A stretch of 64,000 bases of DNA from Raillietiella orientalis. Taxonomy: Eukaryota. The number at the start of each line of letters is the position of its first letter. The first letter of the stretch is position 1. Below are positions 37,901 to 48,960 of this stretch, piece by piece. A model generated the notes under the pieces. The model was not told where the DNA came from. It did not search any database and saw only the letters and a program-made list of their open reading frames with translations. The DNA lies in contig JAYWIR010000001.1 of NCBI GenBank assembly GCA_036172245.1, forward strand, positions 6,386,001 through 6,450,000, given 5' to 3'. Made by a program: the position numbers and the translations under genes.

Positions 37901-39610
37901 TTTTTTTTTTCAAAAAAAAAAAAAAAAAAAGCTTTCACCATAGCTTCGGACACTTAATTTCTAGGCATTGGGATCCTAAAAAATTCCTTGGCTGCAAGCT
38001 ACTTCTGACAGCTCAACAGCCTCAATCAATACTTGACAATGTGTAACGTATGCATATGTGTGTGCGAGTAAATTTATTTTTTACGTTTTCCTGGAGGAAA
38101 GAATCTATTGGAAACGTACCCAAACAATATGGAGAGAAAGCGCATGAATTAGTTATGCGTTTTTTATTCATACGTCACAAATACGCACTCTTAGTGAGCA
38201 CAAGTGATGCCAAGTGATTTTTACTTTATTTCTCTTACACTTCGCGAACTGCCTATTTATAAATGTACCTATCACTAAATCCTTGATTGTTTATTTTTGC
38301 TCTTAATGATGCATGATCTTGTAAGTGTTTGCCTCAGAACCAGCATTTCCGGCATGCTAATGCCTTCAAATATATGAAGCAATCCGTAGATTAACTTTGT
38401 GCGTTGCTTCGATTAAAGATTAATCAGAATCCAAGGAATGATAGGTCAAGAGTGAAGGGAACTTGTACTAAAGCACTGGAAAAACACGGTGCACATGATA
38501 CGAATTTGTGATTCAGACGCGTGGGCGGACCAACTGTTAACTGACGTATTTCAAAATAATGTTCAGCTGTCCTAACTCTAATCGGCTCCACTCGACCTTA
38601 ACGTTTAGGATAGCTTATGGTCATTTCAATATTTAGGATGTGTTTCAAGTTTCACGAGCGTTTCCTTTTCAGGATCTCAAGGTCTTCAGTTCTGGACATG
38701 CCGCCTCCTTCGGCTCAATCGAGTGATTTACGTTTACTATGCACCATAACTATGCACTATATGAACACAGAATGAGCATTAACGGGATCTTGATCCTTTT
38801 CGAAATACCAAGTTGAGTACAATGAAAACAGTGACCAGTTTGCAAATAAACAAGAGGAGAAAAAGCAAAAAAAAAAGGAAATAAAAAAAAATATCATGAT
38901 TTCACATCAAATTTTGAAATATGCGGAATACAAACTTATTCTTACCCACTTATGCTCTCTAATAAAGAACAGAGTTCGTTGTTGAAAAATATGTTTTCTA
39001 AAACTTCGATAGAGCATATGGCTTGGAAAGCTTTAACATGGATTTGAATATTCATGAACTCGTTCAGATATTCTTCATAAATTACCTCCTGGAAGAAATC
39101 TTAAAATGATTGTTTGTTTGAAAGAATCTCGGAATTAACATTTTCATGAAAACATACAGTAACACGCCAGAAAACATTTTCTTTACATCTGCAAATATAA
39201 ATAATTGTGGATGTGCACAACCTTGGAATTAACTTCAAATTTCGATGAGTTATGGCTGATAAGCCTAGAGAATTTTTTTTGTCTCCCGCTTCTCAACGTG
39301 CAAGTCAAAGAAACTGATGTTTCATAATGTGGCCATTCATTTTTTGCCCGCTTATTTACGAATTCCTCAAAATTGTGCCTTTCTGGTGTGGTGTAGCATC
39401 CCAAAACGAACTTTAAAGCACATAAAAAATTAGATTTACCTGAAGACTTTACATTCACAACTGTTATTGAAATAGAGTTGGTCTACCTGCTCCGTTCGGA
39501 CCGATAATAGGTAATAAAGTTTTGCAATTAATAATGACTTTGTTTTTTCCATAAAAACTTTTGAAATTTTCAATTTCTACATAATACACATTTCCGTCAG
39601 CTTGATCCAT
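28196..39610 (-). CDS. SMC1: SMC1-family cohesin subunit, divergent full-length paralog (22 exons, about 1208 aa)
   Basis: Exons: 39610-39487, 39439-39222, 39088-38946, 35682-35514, 34089-33877, 32474-32235, 32172-31958, 31902-31701, 31081-30870, 30782-30611, 30545-30423, 30363-30232, 30168-30103, 30042-29885, 29805-29708, 29659-29478, 29422-29220, 29171-29024, 28950(or 28935)-28756, 28703-28528, 28481-28310, 28261-28196. All are GT-AG with consistent phases, total 3627 nt. Motifs: N-terminal VEIENFKSFYG, Walker A IIGPNGAGKSN, SMC1-type hinge (GRVVTLVQPVHPRYNLAVTRIFG..CIKYLKE..TFLPIDYI; VTLDGVHFQKSGLITGG), NAEEPYLG..CVPSGKRY, signature LSGGE, C-terminal LDLTPY. AATAAA at about 28143-28148. 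Confidence 0.93.
35760..37900 (-). mobile_element. Decayed L1/Tx1 RT element inside SMC1-like intron 3
   Basis: FPRFDHLGH (~KAFDxVxH), RGRIPLLS, KGFLFG, LWHG, CGTG..EE..DHSFF, and AATAAA near 35765. Confidence 0.45.
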
Positions 39611-40476
39611 TTGCAAAATTTAGAAGGTAAACGAGATTTGAACTCAAGAGCAGAAAAATAACCAATACACCTGAGAATTCCACTTGAGGAAAATATTCAG
39701 CACAACCTAAATAAAGGGGACTGTGTTTAGAATTGAATAATAACGACGCTACAGATAATAAGCAATTATGGTTGTGGAACTCAAGTATAAATAACATTGG
39801 CTTTTGACCTTCAGCCACCGATTCTGATTCGTTTCCAATTTAAAAATATAAATGTTTTCTATGGTAAGTTAAAATTGGAATGAAATGAAGTATGCATTAT
39901 TATGATTCACGCGTGCTCTGGAAGTCTAAAAAAATAAAATAAGTAAATAACTTTTCAGCGTGCACGAAACAGTATTTCGGAATCATTTCTATCCTGCCAC
40001 ATTTATTTGTGTGAAAGAAAACGTAGCAAAAGTAAAAAAAAAAAAAACATCCAATGCATCAAGATCATCCATAATCCATAGAAAATTTAACTGATTGGCT
40101 CTTTATCGGGAATGCATTCTTATCTTGCCAGGAGGGGCCATCCAAGAAGTCTCTCTCGACTTCCCAGGCAACGACGTCCACCGTCGTCAGCGGCCTCCTG
40201 CAGGAGTCGCACTCCATTTCAGCCGGGATGAAGATGCAAGACGTTGATGCATTTCTGCAAAGTGACTTCCTTGTAATTGAAGCGCAGTAACGTCCCATTT
40301 ATAATGGTGACTGGTCGTCACAATGAAAGTGTAGACCCCTGCTTTGGATGACTTGCCTCACGTGATGATTTCTCGCAGTTGAATCCCAAGATGTTTCCTG
40401 CTTTTTACTTGAGCGGATTAAGAGTTAATGATCTCGGGATTTTCTTATATCTACCTTTACATGTACATATATTTAT

Positions 40477-40503
<27 letters not shown>
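40477..40503. repeat. (AG)n microsatellite
   Basis: Uninterrupted AG run; similar runs at about 2898-2915, 6318-6340 and 34904-34930. Confidence 0.9.
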
Positions 40504-40508
<5 letters not shown>

Positions 40509-43500
40509 AGAAATATTTTTGCTATGATCGTGCTCGAAAACCTGGTTGTCAGGTGAAGATTTAGTGTTCGAGATGTTTGATCTATTTATAAGTGCACACA
40601 CACACAAAAAAAAAATAATAATGTCGGCACTAAACTGAGTACATGCCATATTGCTGGTGTTTCATTTGAACTTTATTCAAAGGGTGAAAATATCTTAAAT
40701 AATCCAGTTCATTGTAAAAGATACATCAACGATACACAACTGCAAATTTTCCTATACCATTGCTATAGGCAGTTATCAAGTTATCAAGAAACGAATAGTC
40801 ATTTGAGCTCCTGTAGGTTGAAGATTTGTTTCATTTTTGAGGAACTGAAGTAAGCACGCACTTTTTCTTTTTTTTAATAAACAAATGCCCTGTTGCTAAA
40901 TGAGAAGATACGTAAAAATTCTGCTCACATATGTCTTCAGAATGAGCAATAGTAATTTCATATCGAAATAAAGCCTTGATGTGATTTGGTACAAATGCTT
41001 AAGATTTAGGTCTATTTGACCTTCAAAAATGTATTTATAGATTTTTTTTTTTTTTTTTTTGACCACAATTTCCATTTTCTCTGCATTCAGTTCTTATTTT
41101 AGAGTAAATTCCACAATGCTCCGTGCATGATTGGTCAGCTCTACTCAACTGTCATGAACCAAACTTTTTTCTTCATCCTTTTTCTCTGCTTGCTTAGGGT
41201 TTTTTCCTCAGGTTTCAAACCGTCTCCAGACGGTAAAAACACGTTAGCTCAAGAAGAGTTCATCTCTCGAATAAACAGATGATTTTCCTTCAACGCACTA
41301 CCGTAAGTTTTCTGCTGCTTCCGTTTTACTAGGGTCAACATCCTTTCTTGTATACAGTACTTGAATTTTCGAGTACTATTGACATTTCTTTTCGTCATCT
41401 AATGCCCTCATGTTGAGAGTGATGGAAGCAGTACAAAATTTCCAAAATCATAATTACATTATTCTGTTGTCCATACCAATAGCAAGCGGTCCTTATTTTT
41501 GTCCAGTAAAAATAAGGACTGTTATCTGAAAGCCAAACGAGTTGATATTAGAGGGGTTGATAGGAGAACATTCATAAGAAGCCTCGAGGTACTCGATAAA
41601 ACTAAATCTTGATTGACTGCCTTAATTGATTGAATTTTTCAAAGATGTAACCTTCCTTGAACCTGTATTTCACAATTTTCCATTGAGAATGTGATTTAAA
41701 ATTAATGGAACCAAAAATTAACAGAACACATATTAAACCCAGGCATGAATCAGTTGCAGCAGCCATCTTTGGTTGCCATCTTAACATGGCATACCGGATG
41801 GCGGAAGTAGTGAAGAATACCTTCCAACACCCATTTTATGAAACGGAATTCCGAATAATGAATTCTGAACTTTGAACATCGCACATTTACCAAACCGTAA
41901 TCAGTTGTGATGCTTCACGAACATTTCTTCTTATTCAGCTTTACTAGATCTCGGTCGCCACAGAAGTAATCTCTATAAATGAAAGTAACGATACATAACT
42001 GAAATGTACTTAAATAACGCAAATTTGGCAGAATGAAATTTGTTATTACTTCTTTTTTTTACGAATGGAAAACCGCAAATAATTTTGAGTGTGGAAATAG
42101 TAATTGAAATTCTCACTTTTTGCCGAAAGCTTTGAAGGAACAATTGTATGTCGAATGTGAAAGCAGGTTTGAGTTCGAGATTTAGAGGGGAAAAAACCCA
42201 CAATATTTACTACTTGTCACTATGGAGGTTTTTTTCTGGTTAGTAAATGGTAATATTGGTAGCCGTATTTCCGTTGTCCCCAGTGACTTCCAAATTTCAC
42301 TAGGAGTAGAGTCCCCCCCTTCAGATGGCAAGGTTGCGAGGTTCGTGGCTAGAGGGTAACAGTAGAGAAAAAGACGAAACAAAGTCTTGTAAATCATATT
42401 CTTATGTTCGATCAGAGGAAGACTCCCTTCTTCCAAAACTAATCTTTATATGCCAGGTGACTCCTCCGAAAGGAGGAAATTACAATTGCCTTCAGCTCAC
42501 CTTATGTGAAACTGACAACCACCTTGGCAGTTCTGGAATTCCTTTATCGCAGTTCCGTTTTAATAACGAATTGCTTTATATACTTTGAAGGAAGGAAAGA
42601 AAAACAAATACATTCAAGCTCTTTATGTATACGTAATGAAAAATACGGATGGTTTGCCTTGTCTTTTCATCGCAGGTGTCTCAGAAAGGAATCTGGACCA
42701 CTGCTTGAACTGCCTAGAATGCAGTGATCATGGAAACTTTTTTTTTTCTTTCTTCGAAAATGACAGAAACATCGGCTTCGCCGCCTATGATTTATCAGCA
42801 CGATTCTTCTTCAAACACCAGTCTTAAATTCTTTGATGGAATTTTTATTCCTTAATACTTTTGCTTTAACATATTAATAGATTCATATGTTTGATTCTCA
42901 AAATTTATCGTACATTCAAAATCAAATGTTGCACCATTACAATTTTGATGTGTCAAAAAAATTGGATCGTATTTCACACACTGTGGTTTTTGAATATCAT
43001 CTGCGATTTATGAAATTCATTTTTCAGTTTGGTTGGTGGTGAATATCTTAAACTGGTAATGAACAGCGTTCGCTTATAGTTTACTTCTCTTTGGAGAGAG
43101 GAGAGATTGACATAAAGAGTCACACAAGAGGTAATACTTCTCTTTTAATGTACGAACGTACGAGTTCATTGCAAAAGGAGAAAAAAAAAAAAAAAACACC
43201 CAAGACCATGTATTTCTAAGTTGAAACTCGCTTCAAAAAGCAGCTGTCTAACACGATTCCACGTATTACATTACATTTAAATATCCTCGACTATATGGCT
43301 ACTCCTTGAAGAGCCTTGGGCAGCAGCGGAAAGGACAACGGCGAGCGAGTGGAACTGCGAATCGGAGTGTTCCGGGAAAGTTCAAGATGTCCGAAAGACA
43401 AATAAATAAGTGTGGTTTCGATTTACTAGACCTCAATTAAAAATTACAATTAAATGCCTTGAATTCCGTGGGCTTGTGGTGAATGGCAATGAAACAGCAT

Positions 43501-44149
43501 ACCTATTTGTATATACTTTGCACATCTCTTGTCGATTTGCATCAACAAATGTGTCGCGAATGCTTTCCATGAATCTAGAATTTATAAGGTGTAAAATATC
43601 CCAATTAGCATGCTCCTATGAGCTGGCGGTTTTAAATATAATCCTTTAATTTGAAATTTAATTAAGATCGAGTTTGTGAAGGATCAGCAAGCTCGTCAAG
43701 ACTGCAAATCAGCTTGTGCGTTCTCAATACGAGCCCTAAGCGATTCTCACCACCGGGGGTTATCCATCTTACTTTATTTTTTTGTTCTAGGAAGGAATGT
43801 CATTAGATGTAAGTATGAAAAACACAAGTTTTCCATCTCAGTGTTTTGCCATTTCAGCTGACCAGAATGCCCATTCATCCTAATGCTCCCGGTTGCATCT
43901 TCACTGTCAATTAATGCATTGGATCGCTTAGCCGAAGGCGCTCTCAGTGCACTGGGATGAGTGCAGTTTGGTTTTTCCAGCTACTCAAGAAAGTCGAAAG
44001 CACGGATAAATATCCGTGCTTTTCTGGCATTGATTGTGGATGTAATCATAGTAACTGGTAACAAAAGCAACAATTTCCTCCGTGGTTTGATTTCGAAAAC
44101 ATTTCTTAAACTTTCTTAGATTTTTGGAAAACATTTCTTAGACGATGAG

Positions 44150-45260
44150 TCCGTCAGTCTATATAACAAGGCGCTCTTACATGTTTTCGCTCATAAGAGA
44201 TGCCCCCTTCGCTTTTCCGTTTCCCGAGCTAGCATCTTCAGGGTCCGTGTTTTCGTTTGAATACCATGTTCATCTTAAATGTCCTTCTCATCTTTGGAAC
44301 CATGTCAAGAGTTCTTCCATCTGTTGTGATTTGGAGCCCAAGCAGAGTCGCCTTGAAGAATCTGGACTTTTTCACCTGGGCGATGGTCCTTTGACTTCAC
44401 TTCGGAAGGACTATTCCATTGCAGATTGACCGATATCCAACAAGGACTGCTGAAAATTCATTCTCTTCTCCTAGCTATTCATCAGCCGATAAAGAGTTAT
44501 AAACAGTCATGAAAGATTAAGCAGGAACATGTGATATGCCCTGCTGATTCAACGGATATGACAAAAGTTGCTGTGTATAACCAAGGAAGGTAGAGTGCAA
44601 ATATGGTCCAGCAGCCGAGCATAGTGACCTCATCGTCAGCTACCAGATCCAGCAGTTGTGCAGCTCGGCGATCGCGAAGACAGAGATCATCGGTTGTAGA
44701 AGTGGTAAACCGGCTTCGAAAAAAAGGAGCAGTATAGAACTTGAGAGGAGGTACGTTTCTTCCCTGAGATGAAACTTTTAAAGTACACAATATAAACTGT
44801 TTTCCGCTGAAATTCTCAGGATATACCACGGCTGCCTGAGAATATGCAAAATTTCCGATCACCAAGCATGATGAGCATGTCTAATGATCAGCAGTTTACA
44901 GGTGAGCTTTCTTCTGAACATCCTGCAGCAGGGAAATCTTAGCCCAGAGTTTCTCCATCGGTCCAACATGCTGAGAGAAGAAAAATTACGTATGTGTTGC
45001 CTGCACTTGGAGGGAAGGTGATGAAAGACCAATTATTTCCTCTCCTATGAAATCGAGCCCTTTGCTGCGGTGGGTATCTATCAAAGCGTACGTGGATGCT
45101 GGATTATCAAATATCCTGTAACTTGTGCTGTTTGCGGTAGAAAAATATCAGAACCAAAGCACCAAGCAAACAGAAGGCCTTGCTGCTCCCCTGGAACAAG
45201 TGTCCTGGTTACATTTGAGTTACTCACACGACTGACGATCTTTGGTTGGAGGCTTACCTA
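44150..45260 (-). mobile_element. Decayed AP-endonuclease remnant
   Basis: SNSNVTRTL..SDIFLPQT, LVIGNF (~IGDFN) and ARLLDHIC (~RLDxI) occur in order. Confidence 0.55.
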
Positions 45261-46954
45261 AGGAAGGCATTGACTTAGTTGACCACTGAAACATAAGAAG
45301 ATAAGCTGGGCGACGTGAAATCATGACCGTAGGGGCACTTCACCATGAAATTTGAGCCCATCCTATCTTGCCCAAACTTTATGCCATGCTGACTCGAGTC
45401 CAAGCATTTGGAAGATTTGATGACTGGACAAAACCACTTTCAACTCGCGCACGAAGCGGATTTCAGTGAAATCAAAGAAGGAATCCTTCCAATTGAAGAG
45501 AAATAAAAAAATGCTGTAAGCTTTGGGAAGATTGAAAACCATTTCTAAGGACAAGTGAGGTTAGCCATGCCTTAATCGAGACAGCGGAAGAGAGAGAGAG
45601 GGAAAAAAGTACGGATAATGCTCGGGGTGACCGAGCGAACTAGCAGTCAGTTAGATAGTTCTACAACGCAAGAGGTTTCATTGCACGCGAGGGCTATTGC
45701 CCCTGGGAAGAGAAATGTTGAATAAATTATCAAGATTTCATTGCGCATGGTTCGATCGGAAAGCTCTTTGAAAATCAGTAAAGCACGAAGGATAGCACCT
45801 TTACGAACCGTTCTCCAACTCTCTTAAAAGCCGCGATGGAGCATTTTATAGAAGCATCGCACTCTTCTTAATGGAAATAACCAGCCCCAATGCTAATGTA
45901 AACGACAGGCTTTCTTCGGCTGAAAAGTTTCCGCTGCATAGGTCAGGGTGACTTAAGCCAAAGGTTGCTATTCACTCGACCCATTCCATACGTCGTTTCT
46001 GCTTCGAATTCTTGTCTTGGAAAACCCGTTCGAGTGCTTCATTTGAATGAAACTCCGTTCGGTGTAGATCCTGCATTGAAACACGAACTCGCCAAAATGA
46101 AGATGACACACCGGGTCATCTGATCCTATAAGAGTACTCAGCAGGGAAACCACCTTTTGGCCGCCTTGAAATTCTCATTTCATGAAACACGCACTCCGAT
46201 GAGTTTCCTGGAAAACGTGTCCTCGTGGCATCCAAATGAATGTAAACACTTCATATGTATGAATCTTGACTCTCTGTGTCCGTGTCTTTACTCGCGTGAT
46301 GCGTATTTTACCAGCGCAGCATTAGTAGTATATTACACATTCTCAAGATTCCCTCCAGCGGTTAAAAATTTGCAGGAGGCACCAGCATTTTGTCAAAGTG
46401 CTCCAGCCGCTCCAGTGGAAAGACTTTGATTTAAATCATAAAGTCTGATTTAAACTTAATGGCAGAAAATCTGCTACCTACGATGGAACAGGCATTTCTT
46501 AAAACAGTGCCCATCTCAAAGCCATGCCATATCTTTGTTTTTGTTCCCTTACATGCTCCGGATAGCAACTCGCTAGGGATTCGCATTTGGTGTTTACTCA
46601 AAACATACTTTGTATTTCGAAACATATATTTCAGGACATTGCAAATGCGTCACTATTAAATTAGCACTTTTTAAAAACCGAATACTATTCTACAACTCTT
46701 CATGAAACTCGTACTTTCATTCTTTTTTGCGGTAAATGCACGTGAAGTGCAAGGAACAAAGAGCAAAGTTTTTTAAAGAGGAGCTTTCATGTATTCTCAT
46801 CGTCAGAATTCTTCTCCACCTCACATCTAAACTTAAAGGCACTTACAGTAGTCCTTTGGACAAAAACATGAAATTGGTCATTGCTTTCATGAAAACAAAA
46901 CAGGAAAAATCATTAGCTCATACTGAAGGCTCTCTTTTTATAGAAAACTAAAGA

Positions 46955-48960
46955 CTACATTCGGAAAATGCCAAAAGTTGTCGGAGGGATGGGTGCATTG
47001 AGAGCAGCACTCAAGCTCAAACCCAATACTTTTCTGCTATCTACTGGATCAATAATTCCATCATCCCAAAGTCGTGCACTGGAAAAATATGGATCCCCTT
47101 CCATCTCAAATCTTTCAAGAATAGGTTTCTTCAATGCCTCTTCCTCTTCCATGGTCCACTAATGTCTGTGAGTATCTACCACTATGGTCTCACTGACCTC
47201 TTTATTTTCCCGAAGTCTCTGTTCACGACTAATCTGCACAAGAACATTGGCAGCCTGTTCACCTCCCATCACTGATATACGTGCATTGGGCCACATATAC
47301 AGAAACCGAGGACTATAGGCTCGTCCACACATTCCATAATTGCCTGCTCCATATGAACCGCCAATCAAAAGTGTGATTTTAGGTACTTGAGCACAGGCCA
47401 CAGCAGTTACCATCTTGGCTCCATGTTTTGCAATCCCACCAGCCTCTGCATCCCGGCCCACCATAAACCCTGACAGCTTTATGAAAGACCTGCCTCTTGA
47501 TAATTATTATCCTTTCCTACCAGTGATGTTTTGCAAGAAGATAAGAGGTATCTGGCGCCGACAACACAATTGTACAAAGTGAGCTCCCTATGGCAAAAGT
47601 GAATTCAGTGGTCATTTCAATTGGACTTTTACTTTTAATGCAGCTTCAGCAAACAAAACACCATTATTGCCTATGATGCCAACAGCATGACCATATAGTC
47701 GAGCAAACCCAGTAACTAAGGTTTCTCCATAACGCGCTTTGAATTCAGTAAATTTGGAGCCATCAAAAATACGAGCTATAACCTGAGCATGCCATTCTTG
47801 GATGACAGTTCGGGAACTTTTTTTCTCTAACCTCCCGCACATCATATGTGCGCTTCAGATTGTCTCCCACTATTCCATATAGCTCCTCTGCAGGAAGGAC
47901 AGGTTCCTCTGGTGTCTGAACAGGACCACTAGGTGGTGGTTTCTGTCGATTCAGGCTGTCTACAATTCTTCTTGCCAAATAGAGTGCATGTTGGTCATCT
48001 GTGGCATAGTAATCCGTAACACCAGATACACTGGACACCAATTAATGATCCTATTCATCTTACCTACAGTGGAGATCAGCTCCACCTAGATCTTCTGCAG
48101 AAACATCTTCTCCAAGAGCAGCCTTCACTAAAGGAGGACCAGCTAAAAATATTGTTCCTTGTTTTCTAACAATGATGCTTTCATCAGCCATGGCAGGCAC
48201 ATAAGCACCACCTGCAGTACAACTTCCCATCACTACTGCTATCTGGGGAATGCCCATGGCTGACATGTTTGCCTGATTAAAAAAAATGCGTCCAAAGTGT
48301 TCACGATCGGGGAACACATCACTCTGACGAGGTAGATTTGCACCCCCAGAATCAACCAAATATAAACAGGGTAGATGATTTTGTTGTGCTATTTCTTGCG
48401 CTCTTAGATGCTTTTTAACTGTGATGGGATAATAGGAGCCACCTTTCACAGTGGCATCATTGGCAACAATCATACACTGCAATCTTAGCAATATCAGTTG
48501 AAATAATGACAAGCATTTTACCCACCCACTGACACAGCCAATGCCTGTGATTATACCCCCAGCTGGGACCTCCTCTTTTCCATACAACTGATAACCTGCC
48601 AGTTGAGATAACTCTAAGAATGCAGAGCCTGGATCAAGTAAGGCATTGATCCGATCTCGAGGAAGAAGTTTGCCCTTAGAAAGATGTCGACGAATGGATT
48701 TTTCTCCTCCTCCTTGCAGAATCTGACTAACTACTTCCTGAAGTGTTTGTACTTTTTCTTGCAACTTCTCATCATTCTCCTGCACATTTCACTGCTGAAG
48801 GGGTGACTTTCTTTTCTTTTCTTTTTACCTTGAAAACAGTGGATTCCTTATCTGCTGGGGAGCCTATGGTTATTTCATGTTCAATGTGGAAGTTGCGAGC
48901 ATTATGCACTAGTGCATACAAAATTGCTGTGCATGGATAACGTTTTATATGATAGGCCAT
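46955..48960 (-). CDS. MCCC2: 3-methylcrotonoyl-CoA carboxylase beta subunit (mitochondrial), 8 exons
   Basis: Exons 48960-48829, 48779-48526, 48483-48064, 48030-47832, 47782-47633, 47587-47521, 47469-47198, 47158-46955. Conserved motifs: [83 protein letters not shown], terminal FGIFRM. The start is taken as the first in-frame ATG; an upstream exon is possible. Confidence 0.96.

Noticed and set aside
28196-39610. SMC1-like gene as a pseudogene or as having shortened coiled coils
   Set aside because: The spliced frame is uninterrupted, about 1208 aa, and the hinge starts near residue 510, as in canonical SMC1.
42320-42365. DGKVARFVARG resembling Copia RT KARLVARG
   Set aside because: It is an isolated short match with no other Copia motifs or LTRs.
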